64,000 nt of DNA from the NCBI GenBank assembly GCA_951406725.2, contig OX597821.1:14570001-14634000 (forward strand), read 5' to 3'. The notes under the pieces were generated by a model. The model did no database searches and was not told the origin of the DNA. It saw only the letters and a program-made list of their open reading frames with translations. Positions within the stretch are counted from its first letter, which is position 1; each line of letters starts with the position of its first letter. This DNA comes from Octopus vulgaris. Lineage: Eukaryota. Shown here piece after piece: positions 26,185-39,797 of the stretch. Made by a program: the position numbers and the translations under genes.

Positions 26185-26786
26185 TTTGTGGCTGGTGCAA
26201 CATCCCATCCATACCTAAAGTAACATGGTAGTGGAACAATGTTGTAGACAGGGCCATTGGAATCAAGAAACAGAACTGGGAGGGAGGTGGTAGCAGAGAA
26301 CTACGAAGAAGCACTCCGTCAGTTATGACGACGAGGGTTCCGGTTGATCCGAATCAACGGAACAGCCTGCTCGTGAAATTAACGTGTAAGTGGCTGAGCA
26401 CTACACAGACACGTGTACCCTTAACGTAGTTCTCGGGGATATTCAGCGTGACACAGAGAGTGACAAGGCCGGCCCTTTGAAATACAGGTACAACAGAAAC
26501 AGGAAGTAAGAGTGAGAGAAAGTTGTGGTGAAAGAGTACAGCAGGGATCACCACCATCCCCTGCCGGAGCCTCGTGGAGCTTTAGGTGTTTTCGCTCAAT
26601 AAACACTCACAACGCCCGCTCTGGGAATCGAAACCGCGATCCTATGACCGCGAGTCCGCTGCCCTAACCACTGGGCCATTGCACCTCCACTGCAGAGAAC
26701 TATATCAGGTAGCTAAAAGAGAAGCTAGGCGACCAGATATATTCAGCTACAGGTGAAGCAGAAAGGAAGAAGTTTGCCAGTGTTCC
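26185..26786 (+). mobile_element. RTE-clade LINE fragment split by SINE E
   Basis: CGWCNIPSIPKVTW*WNNVVDRAI...GGSRELYQVAKREARR when the SINE is removed; resembles the TWWWN linker of RTE ORFs. Confidence 0.7.
26304..26691 (-). mobile_element. SINE family E with 11-bp TSD
   Basis: TSD gcagagaacta at 26293-26303 and 26692-26702. Confidence 0.92.
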
Positions 26787-27080
26787 CATACAAGCACACA
26801 TAGAAAAGTGAATGTTAAAAACGATAACTGATGATAAATGATTTTCCTGTCTTTTCAGAACGATGTGCTTTATATTTATTATGTTGTACCTTGTCTCTTT
26901 AAATTTGTATACACTACTAAATCAAACGTGATTACTGATGGTTTTCTGTAACCAGTACATTTGTAGCTACAACTGATTTGATTCAGCAGTTATATTAGTA
27001 TTGTAAGTAGTAGTACTAGATGGTAGGAAGAAAAATAAAAGGACATAATCACTCCTGGTGAAAAATTTCTCTGGCATGGT

Positions 27081-27496
27081 TACTCTTTACTCTTTTACTT
27101 GTTTCAGTCATTTGACTGCGGTCATGCTGGAGCACCGCCTTTAGTCGAGCAACTCGACCCCGGGACTTATTCTTTGTAAGCCCAGTACTTATTCTATCGG
27201 TCTCTTTTGTCGAACCGCTAAATAACGGGGACATAAACACACCAGCATCGGTTGTCAAGCAATGCTAGAGGAACAAACACAAACACACAAACACACACAC
27301 GCATATATATATATATATATACATATATATATGACGGGCTTCTTTTCAGTTTCCGTCTACCAAATCCACTCACAAGGCATTGGTCGGCCCGAGGCTATAG
27401 TAGAAGACACTCGCCCAAGGTGCCGCGCAGTGGGACTGAACCCTGAACCATGTGGTTGGTAAACAAGCTACTTACCACACAGCCACTACTGCGCCT
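27081..27496 (-). mobile_element. SINE family A
   Basis: High identity to other A copies. Confidence 0.9.
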
Positions 27497-27925
27497 GGTT
27501 CTTTTTATTTTCATAATATTATAGAGATATTTTGTCATGGTATTACTGTGATGTATTTTTATAATATTGTTTCTAATTTAGCTACAAGGTTAACAGATTT
27601 GAGATAGCTGATATTGTTTGCTCTTAAGATTTGACTAATGCTTTATTTAATCAACTCTGGATGGATAAGAGGCAATGTTGACTTTGGTGGGATTTGAACA
27701 CACACACAAAAAAAGAGATAGAATAAATACAACAAGAAAATTCTTGCAATGCTCTAACAACCTTGCTAACTTGCTACTTTCTTTATGGTGAGTTTTCCCA
27801 ATAGAGTAAAGTTCTAAGACTTCCTGAATATATTTTTGTTTCCTTTTTATCTTAGATAAACGGTCAGTTTATTGAGGATGCCACGATTCTTTAAAATATT
27901 TCTACAACTCTCATTTTATTTTTAA

Positions 27926-28320
27926 CTAGCAATATCGCCCGGCGTTGCTCGGGTTTGTAAGGGAAATAACTATATAAGCATTTTTAGAGAGTTATAGCCA
28001 AATATTAGCAAAAAAATGCATTAAAAATGGAAAAAAAATGATGGTAAATTTTTTTTTAAATCGTTGACTCATCGTAGACATTTTTAGAGAGTTACTTCCC
28101 TTATATTTAAAAAAATGCATTAAAATGGAAAAAAATGATGGAAGATTTTTTTTTAAATCGTAGACTCATCGTAGACGCGCGCTAATACCCAGAAGGGTTT
28201 TGATATGAATCACGACTATAGGATACCCGCTTTTGGTTAAACTGCACCGCAAAATGTGGGAGTAGTTAGGAATCTAAATTGTAGGAGACAGATACACAAA
28301 TTCACTTTTATATATAAAGA
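27926..28320 (-). mobile_element. Non-autonomous Helitron, family 1 (two internal ~100-bp units)
   Basis: 5' TC, hairpin plus CTAG 3' end, A|T site; internal tandem duplication catttttagagagtta...actcatcgtaga. Confidence 0.88.
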
Positions 28321-28330
28321 TTTCTTTCTA

Positions 28331-28871
28331 ATGCCATCAAAGTGACACTGGGGTACAAATATATGAAACTCAAAATACCCATCATGACTACCCATCTGAT
28401 AAGGGTACACCAGGCACATGCATCACAACCACATGTGCACAACATGGTGATCTCATATTAAGAGAAACAGTGCATGAGCTTACAGGTGGGGCTCAGTTAA
28501 AATTTTCTTCAGGTTGAGCACCCCATCCCACTCAAAAGGTTCATGGAAAGGTTTGTTTAAAGATGATGAATGAAACATGCATGTTTCCAGAGGTGAATCA
28601 TTCACACACCCCAAAGAATTCCACTCAACAAATGTCTATGATGCTCTGCCACTTCTTTTGCTCGTGATCGGAGATGCACATATTGTCAGACACTAAGAGA
28701 CATGCTCAACTAGTCATGGTCAAACAATTTACAAGAAAATCTATGTTACTGAGCAGAATATTTGCTGTAGCCTATCTTTTATATCAACACAAAACATGTA
28801 CATGATAACACTTCCAATCAGTTAAGATCAGCAGCCACATGAGCTACTGCCTGGTACTGCATCAGAACATT
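28331..28871 (-). repeat. Interspersed repeat of unclear class
   Basis: Single copy in this window; recognised only from memory of octopus repeats (gccatcaaagtgacactgggg...actgcctggtactgcatcag). Confidence 0.45.
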
Positions 28872-28880
28872 GGGGATTCT

Positions 28881-28911
<31 letters not shown>

Positions 28912-29055
28912 TCATTATTATAATTTTTATCATTATTATTATTATTATTATCATCATTATTATTATTATCATTATTACTATTATTATTTATTATTATCAT
29001 TATTATTTTTATCATCATCATCATCATTATTATTATTATCATTATTATCATTATT

Positions 29056-29135
<80 letters not shown>

Positions 29136-29140
29136 TATTA

Positions 29141-29174
<34 letters not shown>

Positions 29175-29433
29175 CAATATTATCATTATTATTGTTATTA
29201 TCATTATCATTATTATTATTATTATCATTATCATTATTATTGTCATTATCATTATCATTATTATTATCATTATTATTATTATTATTATTATCATTATTAT
29301 TATTATTGTCATTATTATTATCATTATTATTGTCATTATTAGTATCATTATTATTGTCATTATTATTATTATTATTATTATCATTATTATTATTATTGTC
29401 ATTATTATTATCATTATCATTATTATTATTGTC

Positions 29434-29477
<44 letters not shown>

Positions 29478-29493
29478 AATTTTTATTATTATG

Positions 29494-29529
<36 letters not shown>

Positions 29530-29530
29530 T
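28881..29530. repeat. (ATT/ATC)n trinucleotide satellite, ~650 bp
   Basis: Directly visible; source of the poly-I, poly-N/D, poly-Y/H and poly-L ORFs. Confidence 0.97.
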
Positions 29531-29936
29531 TGCTTCCTGTGTATGATCTGCGAACTGATTAGAGTGTATGGATGTCTAGTCAATATATGTTATCGATAAA
29601 TGGTAAACAAGTTATTGATTTGTAGTTTCTATGTTTATTTATGTCAATTAATATAATTACCTGTCCAACACCAAGCCAAGTGCTGTCCTGGTTTATGCAG
29701 TTGTAATTGAAAGCAAATGTATAGTCTAACTATTCTAACAAGAGAAATGGGACTTTAGCTTTTCCAGATTTATAGTAGCTATTGTATAACACTTCTGGAA
29801 TAGAATGGACTCTACTCAAGGCACAACTGGCGCCTTTAACAGAGTCCACTTTACTGCAAGCACTTAGGCCTTTCCCTGCTCATTCTACACTTGCATTGTT
29901 TTATCAATTTTATAATGCTCTCCTTTTTTGGTTTAA

Positions 29937-30222
29937 TAATCCTTTCTACTAAAGGCACAAGGTCTGAAATTTGAGAGAGGGGGATAGTCAGCTACATAGA
30001 CCCCAGTACTTAACTGGTACTTATTTTATCAACCCCAAAAGGATGAAAGGCTCATCAACCCCCAAAGGATGAAAGGCTCATCAACCCCCAAAGGATGAAA
30101 ACCCCCAAAGGATGAAAGGCAACGTTGACCTCAGCAGAATTTGAACTCCGAACGTGAAGATGAATGAAATGCCATTAAGCATTTTTCCCAGTGTGCTAAC
30201 GAGTCTGCCAGCTCATTGCCTT
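29937..30222 (-). mobile_element. SINE family B with internal tandem amplification of tcaacccccaaaggatgaaaggctca
   Basis: 3-4 tandem units at ~30028-30120. Confidence 0.8.
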
Positions 30223-30242
30223 AATTTGGTTTAACGATGAAA

Positions 30243-30709
30243 CCTCTTTGTTACCATATTTTTGCTGAAATTCCCTGCCTTTGTTTCACTTAATTTTGAA
30301 AATATCAAAGAATTTAGTAAAATAACTTTGATGATGATGATGATGATGATGATGATTATTATTATTAACCCTTTTGATACCCACCTGCCTGAAACTGCCC
30401 TTGGTTCTCTGATAAAAAAATTTCCCATTTCAAAGAGGTCTAAATTGAAACTCTTCATCAAAATTTCATGACAATTTATGTTCATAATGCCAACTTAACA
30501 ATGACTATTCTTTTATTAAATTATTCATTACTTTCAAACGTAATAGCAACAAAGGATGTGTATTTCAAAAGAAATATGGTAACCAAAGGGTTAAGCTGGT
30601 GTTTGGAATATAAATTAAAATGTAATTTTCATGGAAGGTTTTAATTTTAAATCAGGAGGCTTCTCTCCCAGAACTATGGGTGGTCTTAAGTGGGTTGATA
30701 TCAAAAGGG
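30243..30709. mobile_element. piggyBac-type MITE (outer copy) containing a nested copy of the same family
   Basis: Ends cctctttgttacc...gatatcaaaaggg; similar to the inner copy in opposite orientation. Confidence 0.6.
30369..30590. mobile_element. piggyBac-type MITE (inner copy)
   Basis: TTAA on both sides; imperfect 13-bp TIR cccttttgatacc / ggtaaccaaaggg. Confidence 0.8.
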
Positions 30710-30769
30710 TTTGTGCCTAGATATTTTCCTTGCTATAGTGTATTTTACAATTGATATATTTTACACTAA

Positions 30770-31140
30770 GGCAGCGAGCTGGCAGGAACGTTGGCACACC
30801 GGGCGAAATGCCTAGTGGTATTTCATCTGCTATTACATTCTGAGTTCAAATTCCGCCGAGGTCGACTTTGCCTTTCATCCTCTCGGGGTCGATAAATTAA
30901 GTACCAGTTATGCACTGGGGTCGATGTAATCGACTTAATCTGTCTGTCTGTCCTTGTTTGTCTCCTCTGTGTTAAAAGAAATAGGTATTTCATCTGTCTT
31001 TACATTCTGAGTTCAAATTCTGCTGAGGTCGACTTTGCCTTTCATCCTTTCAGGGTCGATAAATTAAATACCAGTTGCATACTGGGGTTGATCTAATCGC
31101 CTGGCACCATCCCCAAAACTCTCAGGCCTTGTGTCTATAC
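30770..31140 (+). mobile_element. Two tandem/nested SINE B copies
   Basis: Body ggtatttcatctg...gtcgactttgcctttcatcc occurs twice, with different tails. Confidence 0.8.
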
Positions 31141-31610
31141 ACTAACAGTATTTTTAAATTTTATTCAAACAGAAACCAAATTGATCACTGTTTCTTGAGT
31201 TACTTACTGAGGTACTAAGATAGTGTCTATAAATAGTTGCACAGTTGATAGAAATGACTTTTAAATTTCTCATTAGAATTATTTTATTGAATTCAGGTTA
31301 ATGAAAAGTCGTGTTATCTCAAATGGTATTTGAAATTAAAATAATGAAATCAGTTTTCAAAGTAAGTTTTCTACAGTTATAACCAGTCATGTGATATTAA
31401 AATTTATGTCCTTGCAACACACCTTTATAAGAAAAGGCTCTTGTTGTTATTGTTTAGTACTAAGTTATACCTGTACAAGCAGACTAACAGTCAAAAGTGT
31501 TCCAGAAATATGAGCATACTGGGCTAAACATTTGTTAAAATTTTATTTCAGGCATAGTGTTCCTAGGATGTATTACTCAATAGGTCTTTTCTTCTATTTT
31601 TTAGGCTAAT

Positions 31611-32010
31611 ACTCTTTACTCTTTTATTTGTTTCAGTCATTTGACTGCAGCCATGCTGGAGCACCGCCTTTAGTCAAACAAATCGACCCCAGGACTTATT
31701 CTTTGTAAGCCTAGTACTTATTCTATCATTCTCTTTTGCCGAACCGCTAGGTGGCGGGGACATAAACACACCAGCATTGGTTGTCAGGCGATGTTGGGAG
31801 ACACACAAACATATACACACACATACACAAATATATATACATATATACGACAGGCTTCTTTCAGTTTCTGTCTATCAAATCCACTCACAAGGCTTTGGTC
31901 GGGCCGAAGCTATAGTTGAAGACACTTGCCAAAGGTGTCATGCAGTGGGACTGAACCCGGAACCATGTGGTTGGTAAGCAAGCTACTTACCACACAGCCG
32001 CTCCTGCGCC
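31611..32010 (-). mobile_element. SINE family A
   Basis: High identity to other A copies. Confidence 0.9.
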
Positions 32011-32169
32011 TAATAGCATATAATTTAAAGTAAATTTGTCTGTTATTTCTAGCTTATTCAGTAACCATGTAGGAGCACTCACAATTTTGCCAATCAACTA
32101 CTTTAAAATTATAACAAAAGCAATAAGAAGTGACATAAGTAAATAAACATGGTACATGACAATGATCTG

Positions 32170-32352
32170 AACACAATGATTTATGACATATCAGTACAAA
32201 TTGACAAAGAAATCATGGGCAACCATCCAGACATAATTATCAAAGACTGGAACAGAAATGTTTGCACTTTGAGAGAAAGCTTGATCTCTTCTGGTTAAAA
32301 CATCACCAAGGAGGCAGAGGAGAAAATGCTAAAGTACAATGATCTTGAAAAT
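32170..32352 (+). mobile_element. R4/Dong-like LINE restriction-like endonuclease fragment
   Basis: TMIYDISVQIDKEIMGNHPDIIIKDWNRNVCTL...EEKMLKYNDLE resembles WDxxIxTDxxIxxNRPDI..EKxxKYxDL. Confidence 0.7.
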
Positions 32353-32407
32353 ATAATAAGGCTCAGCAGAATCATCACTAAATAATATAATACAGCATAT
32401 ATAATAC

Positions 32408-32808
32408 AGCCACAGGAGTGACTGTGTGGTAAGTAGCTTGCTTACCAACCACATGGTTCCGGGTTCAGTCCCACTGCGTGGCACCTTGGGCAAGTGTCTT
32501 CTACTATAGCCCTGGGCCGACCAAAGCCTTGTGAGTGGATTTGGTAGACGGAAACTGAAAAAAGCCCGTCGTATATATGTATATATATGTATGTGCGTGT
32601 ATGTTTGTGTGTCTGTCATCGTCCCCCTAGCATTGCTTGACAACCGATGCTGGTGTGTTTACATCCCCGTCACTTAGCGGTTCGGCAAAAGAGACCGATA
32701 CAATAAGTACTGGGCTTACAAAGAAGAAGTCCCGGGGTCGAGTTGCTCGATTAAAGGCAGTGCACCAGCATGGCCACAGTCAAAATGACTGAAACAAGTA
32801 AAAAAAAA
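32408..32808 (+). mobile_element. SINE family A
   Basis: High identity to other A copies. Confidence 0.9.
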
Positions 32809-33146
32809 TATTTTACATAATCAGCACCTACATAAGTGACAGAAATCATACATTTACATAATTGATGAGTGATATAACAACACCAATAATTCGTACGACT
32901 CAGTTTCTAGACAACTGCCAATAATTAATGTAACACTGCCCACAAAACATGTGCTCTACATGATCAGCTGCAGTTAAAAACACAAGACCAATCACATAGC
33001 ATATATGAAACACAAATATGACCCCAGAAAATAACATATTTGCCATTACTCATATCTTACACAACTAGAGGAAGCATTGAGATAACACTAAACACTACAA
33101 AATAAATTAATAAACCTCATAATAAAACAAAGCTAATGAAGTATTG

Positions 33147-33519
33147 TTTTACTTGTTTCAGTCATTTGACTGTGGCCATGCTGGAGCACCGCCTTTAGTC
33201 GAGCAAATCCATCCCAGGACTTATTCTTTGTAAGCCTAGTACTTATTCTGTCAATCTCTTTTACCGAACTGTTAAGTTATGGGGATGTAAACACACCAGC
33301 ATCAGTTGTCAAGCGATGTTGGGATAAACACAGACACACAAACACACACACATACATATATACATATATACGACAGGCTTCTTTCAGTTTCCGTCTACCA
33401 AATCCACTCACAAGGCTTTGGTCGGCCCGAGGCTATAGTAGAAGACACATGCCCAAGGTGCCACGCAGTGGGACTGAACCTGGAACCATGTGGTTGGTAA
33501 GCAAGATACTCCTGTGCCT
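33147..33519 (-). mobile_element. SINE family A
   Basis: High identity to other A copies. Confidence 0.88.
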
Positions 33520-33867
33520 TATAATCTTATTTCTACATTTCTGAAACACAATTTTATACACACTACGGAAGACAAAGGTTCATTCGGTGGTGCAGGATGA
33601 TAAATATCAATATTAGTTTTTATCAAGATTACAAGGCCTAAAATTTGGCATGTAAGGTTCAGTCACTTACATTGGCTGATCTACTTGAAAGGTACATAAT
33701 TTTATTAGGCCTGAAAGGGTGAAAGGCAAAGAAGACAGCTGGCTTCGTGGGATTTGAACTTAGATTGTTGTAAAGAACAGAAAAAGAATACTGCCAAGTA
33801 TTTCTCCAGATGTGCTACTGATTCTTTTAATCCGCTATACCTAATAATAATGATAATAATAATAATA

Positions 33868-34307
33868 ATCCTTTCTACTATAGGCACAAGGCCTGAATTT
33901 TAGGGGACGGGTTAAGTCGATTACATCGACCCCAGTACTCTACTGGTACTTAAATTATTAGTTAGCACTCCGGGCGAAATGCTTACCAATATTTCGTCTG
34001 TCTTTACGTTCTGAGTTCAAATTCCGCCGAGGTCGACTTTGCCTTTCATCCTCTCGGTGTCGATAAATTAAGTACCAGTTATGCACTGGGTTGATGTATT
34101 CGACTTAATCCGTTTGTCTGTCCTCGTTTGACCTCTCTGTGTCTAGCCCCTTGTGAGTAGTAAAGAAATAGGTACTTAAATTATTGACCCCAAAAAGATG
34201 AAAGCAAAGTTGACCTGGGTGGTGTTTGAACTCAGAATGTGAAGATGGACGAAATGCCACAAAGTATTTTGTCTGGCATGCTATCAGTCTTGTCAGCTTG
34301 TCGCCTT
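33868..34307 (-). mobile_element. SINE B interrupted by an opposite-strand SINE B (33960-34170)
   Basis: 15-bp TSD ggtacttaaattatt at 33945-33959 and 34171-34185. Confidence 0.85.
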
Positions 34308-34316
34308 AATAATAAT

Positions 34317-34369
<53 letters not shown>

Positions 34370-34587
34370 TAAAAATGATAAAAATAATGGTTTCAAATTT
34401 GGGCACAAGGCCAGCAATTTCAGGGAGTTGGTTACATCACCCCCCAGTGCTCAACTAGTACTTATTTTATTGACCCCAAAAGGATCAAAGGCAAAGTCAA
34501 CCTTGGGAAAATTTGAACATAAAGTCAGATGAAATGCTGCTAAGCATCTTCTCTAGCATACTAATGATACTGCTAGCTCCCTGCCAA

Positions 34588-34671
<84 letters not shown>

Positions 34672-34692
34672 CAATAATAATAATCATAATAA
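34588..34692. repeat. (TAC)n(AAT)n microsatellite
   Basis: Directly visible. Confidence 0.95.
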
Positions 34693-35687
34693 TGGTTTCT
34701 GGTTTAGACATATAATAGCATTGACCCAGGCCCCAGTGCTTGACTAGCTATAATGATTTCTTTTGCAAAAGAACACTATGTATTGAACTTTGGACAAATA
34801 TTATGCAGTGTTTAATTAAAACAATAAAAATGCCTACATCCTAGATACTTGGATCTGTGATGTTATACGATGTAATGTAACTGTGATTTCTTAACATTGG
34901 CACAAGGCCATGGTTTGTAATGGAGAGAAATGGAGAAGTGAATTAACTTCAGTAAAAACCTCTCCAGGATTTGAATCAGTAAATAGTAATAATAATTTTT
35001 TTTATTGACACAAGACCAAAAATTGATCAAGGAAGAGTATAGTTATTATAGTCAATAGAATCTATTTCTAGTGTATTATTCTTTATTTCCATTTCATAAT
35101 GTACTGTACAGGAGTCTCTTTTTGGATGCTCTTTGTTGTACATCAGTTATTTTTCTGTGAGCTGAAGTTGTCAGACTCTCAGTGATCATTTCTACAGTTC
35201 TAGAAATAGGTATATAGTGAAGGGTACTCTATGGATGATTCTACATGTTGTATGTGTATGACAGAGAGAGAGAGATGGGGGGACCTAAGAATCGGCCTCA
35301 AGGTACTTAATAGGTATTTTGTCTCTCTCACAAGGACGAAGAGAAGAAGTTGACCTTTAAAGGATTTGAACACAAAGTTCAGAGAGCAAGAATAAATTCC
35401 CCAATTAATCTTGTCTAATTATCTAAAGAATCTGCCAGTTCAATGTCTACTTCTGGTAGATATTTTAATTGCACCTGTTCCTTCTGGTGACTTTTAATAA
35501 CCTTTCTTGAACAAATGAAAAACAACAAAGTTGAAGGCAGGGATTTTTAATATAACGTGAAGAATTTGTGACATATATGTTGATATCACGATGATATCAA
35601 CATAAATATCTTCTACATGTTTCATTGGACTGCGGTCATATGGGAGCACTGCTTTCATGGGTTTGGTCAAACAAATCGATTCAAATA

Positions 35688-35881
35688 CTCTTTTACTTGT
35701 TTCAGTCATTTGACTGCGGCCATGCTGGAGCACCGCCTTTAGTCGAGCAAATCGGCCCTGGGACTTATTCTATCGGTCTCTTTTGCCGAACCGCTAAGTG
35801 ACAGCGACGTAAACACACCAGCATCGGTTGTCAAGCAATGCTAGGGGGACAAACACAGACACACAAACATATACACAGACA

Positions 35882-35919
<38 letters not shown>

Positions 35920-36084
35920 TACGATGGGCTTCTTTCAGTTTCCGTCTACCAAATCCACTCACAAGGCATTGGTCGGCCCGGGGCTATAGCAGAAGACACT
36001 TGCCCAAGATGCCACGCAGTGGGACTGAACCTGGAACCATGTGGTTGGTTAGCAAGCTACTTACCACACAGCCACTCCTGCGCC
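35688..36084 (-). mobile_element. SINE family A
   Basis: High identity; ~20-bp internal deletion between the two acttattc motifs. Confidence 0.9.
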
Positions 36085-36218
36085 TTCTTTTCTTTTTTTT
36101 TTTTAAGTCTGGTCCTTATTCTATTTGTCACTTTTGTCAAACCCTTAAGTTATGAGGATGTAAACACCAGTACAAATTATTAAAGGTTAATGGCTGAAAA
36201 ACACAAACACATGCATAT

Positions 36219-36640
36219 ACTCTTTTACTCTTTTACTCTTTTACTTGTTTCAGTCATTTGACTGCGGCCATGCTGGAGCACCGCCTTTAATCGAGCAAAT
36301 CAATCCCAGGACTTATTCTTTGGAAGCCTAGTACTTACTCTATTGGTCTCTTTTGCCGAACCACTAAATTACGGGGACGTAAACACACCAGCATTGGTTG
36401 TCAAGCGATGTTGGGGGGACAAACACAGACACACAAACATACACACACACATATACATATATATATATACATATATACGACGGGCTTCTTTCAATTTCCG
36501 TCTACCAAATCCACTCACAAGGCTTTGGTCGGCCTGAGGCTATAGTAGGAGACACTTGCCCAAGGTGCCACGCAGTGGGACTGAACCCGGAACCATGTGG
36601 TTGGTAAGCAAGCTACTTACCACACAGCCACTCCTACGCC
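36219..36640 (-). mobile_element. SINE family A
   Basis: High identity; nested in an older A copy whose parts flank it. Confidence 0.9.
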
Positions 36641-37083
36641 TACACACATAAACACACACACACACACACACACGTGTACTCAGGCACGCATGTGTGTGAC
36701 AGGTTTTCAAATAGTTTCTATCTATCAAATTCACCCACAAGGCATTAGTTGGTCTGGGGCTATAGAAGAAGACACTTACACAAGGTGCCAAACAGTGAGA
36801 TTGAACCTGAAACCACAGGGATGCAAAGCAAGCTTCTGAACTGCACAAAAATATCAAAAGAATACTCCTTGTCATGAAGATAATGTGTCAAGCTGCTAGG
36901 CTAATGTCTACATGTCATATGTTCCAATCACACACCAGCTGTTGTGCTGCACTGCTAAGCAAGCTACACAAATCTATTTGGTTCTCATCAAATTCCATTG
37001 CTACTTAAGTGCTGAAACTTTAGTGGTAGAGAAGGCATCTAGTTATTAAAAAAAAACACTGCTTCAAGAAAAACCTAACCATA

Positions 37084-37482
37084 TCTTTATATATAAAAGT
37101 GAAATTGTGTGAGTGTCTGTCTCCTACGATTTAGATTCCTAACTACTCCCACATTTTGCGGTGCAGTTTAACCAAAACCGGGTATCTTATAGTCGTGATT
37201 CATATCGAGCCCTTCTGGGTATTAGTGCGTGTCTACGATGAGTCTACGATTTTAAAAATAATTTACCATCATTTTTTTCCATTTTAATGCATTTTTTTAA
37301 ATATAAGGGAAGTAACTCTCTAAAAATGTTTACGATGAGTCAACGATTTAAAATAAAATTTACCATCATTTTTTTTTCCATTTTTAATGCATTATTTTGC
37401 TATTTTTTGGCTATAACTCTCTAAAAATGCTTATATAGTTATTTCCCTTACAAACCTGAGCAACGCCGGGCGATACTGCTAG
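37084..37482 (+). mobile_element. Non-autonomous Helitron, family 1
   Basis: Starts TCTTTATATATAAAAG, ends cctgagcaacgccgggcgatactgCTAG; reverse complement of 27926-28320. Confidence 0.9.
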
Positions 37483-37990
37483 TCTAGTTATTAAAAAAAA
37501 AACACTGCTTCAAGAAAAACCTAACCATATTAAATATAGATAAACATGAAAAAGATAGTTTCAACAATGGTGCTACATATTTTCCATAAAACTTGTTAAT
37601 GAAATGAACGCAGAATTACCCACAAATATTTTAGTGTCAGTAACCCAAAGAAGCAAGTGCTACAGATGTTTGCTTTGTATTAGTGTTCCTCAAAGCTTGA
37701 AGTTATAATAGTATGATTTCAATGTCAGAAATTTAGCAGGTAGATGTGTGTTGATTTAAGTGATTACAATATATTACTGGCACTTCTTTTATCTGGAGGT
37801 GAGGTATAATAAAGTGCAAATATAATTAGAATAGAATTTTGAAGTATTTGTTTTGTTAATAGACAAAATTTAAAGCAATATTTGAAATGCCTTAAAAATC
37901 AAATATAATTGAAGAAGCATTTGCCTGTTCTCGGTATTGCAATAACAATTGGTTCATCAATTTCATCATCCATTTATTTACTCTCCTTAA

Positions 37991-38406
37991 TCTCTTTACT
38001 TGTTTCAGTCATTTTGACTGCGGCCATGCTGGAGCACTGCCTTTAATCGAGCAAATCGACCCCCAGGACTTATTCTTTGTAAGCCTAGTGCTTATTCTAT
38101 CGGTCTTTTTTGCCGAACCGCTAAATTACGGGGACGTAAACACACCAGCATTGGTTGTCAAGCGATGTTGGGAGGACAAACACAGACACACAAACATACA
38201 CACACACACATAATTATATATACATATATATATACACATATACAACAGGCTTCTTTCAGTTTCCATCTATCAAATCAACTCACAAGGCTTTGGTCTGCCT
38301 GAGGCTATAGTAGAAGACACTTGCCCAAGGTGCCATGCAGGGGGAATGAACTCGGAACCATGTGGTTGGTAAGCAAGCTACTTACCCCACAGCCACTCCT
38401 ACGCCT
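37991..38406 (-). mobile_element. SINE family A
   Basis: High identity to other A copies. Confidence 0.9.
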
Positions 38407-38773
38407 ACTTCTTTAATTATTATTATTATTATTTACATTTTATTTGTGATGATTATTTATTTTGTGGGGCTGTATGGTTAAGAATATGTTTCCCAATCAC
38501 ACAGTATCAGGTTCAATCTCATTGTGAGAGACTTTGAGCAAGTGTCTACTACTATAAATCCAAATCAACCAGAATACATTTGGGAGACAGAAATATGTGT
38601 GCATGTGTGTGTGTGTACATATATATGCATACATATATACACATATATACATGCATATATATGCATATATATCACGTGATTACATGACCAACCAGGTTAT
38701 CAGATGTTGCTACACATCGCTGGTCACAATGCACTTCACATTGTTTTAGCCTTCAAATGACGCCACACCACTC

Positions 38774-39211
38774 TATATGTATATATATATGCATATATAC
38801 ACATATACATATATGCATACATATACATATACATATATATATATATATACATACATATATATACACACATATATATATATATACATATATATACATACAT
38901 ATATATACATATATATATACACACATATATATACATATATATGTATACATATATATATATATATATGTATACACATATATACATATATATACATATATAT
39001 ATATATACACATATATATACATATATATATATACACACATATATATATACATATATATATATACACATATATATATACACACACACATATATATATACAC
39101 GTATATATATACACACATGTATATACATATATATATACACACACACACATATATATATATATATTTATATATATACATGCATATATACACACACAAATAT
39201 ATATACATATA
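38774..39211. repeat. (TA)/(CA) compound microsatellite
   Basis: Directly visible. Confidence 0.95.
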
Positions 39212-39797
39212 TTTAACTGGAAAGATAGCTTTCATGTGCAGCAGATGCACAGAGACAATAAACACCACAGATGCTCAGAAAATAGACTCCATCACACACC
39301 AGGAGGAGAAACTAGAAGTAGTTGAAAGCTTCCGCTACCTAGGTAACGAAGTCTGTAGTGGGGATGGATGCTGAGAGAGTGCTACCACTAGAATAAGAAT
39401 AGCCTGGGCAAAGTTCAGAAAGCTTCTACCCCTACAGTTGACAAAGGGCCTCTTGCTCAGAGTGAAAGGTAGATAGCATGATGCATTTGTGCAAACTGCC
39501 ATGCTTCACAGCAGTGAAACATAGGCCATGACTGCTGAAGACATGCATAGGCTCAAAAGAAATGAAGCTAGTATGATCTACTGGATGTGTAATGTCAGTG
39601 TGCACACACAAAATGCGTAAGCTTGCAAGGAATGAAGCCAGTATGCTCTGCTAGATGTATGATGTCACTGTGCACACACGACAGCGTGTAAGTGCCTTGA
39701 GAGGAAAGTTGGACCTACGAAGCATCAGATGTGGTGTCCAAGAGAGATGACTGTGCTGGTATGGTCATGTGGTGAGAATGGACAAGGATAGCTGTGC
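39212..39797 (+). mobile_element. RTE-clade LINE fragment, RT C-terminal region, with stops
   Basis: [16 protein letters not shown]...TRIRIAWAKFRKLLP..KGR*..VQTAMLHSSET*A..RNEASMIYWMCNVS; internal ~60-bp duplication near 39560-39680. Confidence 0.88.

Noticed and set aside
28818-29583. Poly-N/D, poly-I and poly-Y/H ORFs
   Set aside because: Trinucleotide satellite with no unique coding context
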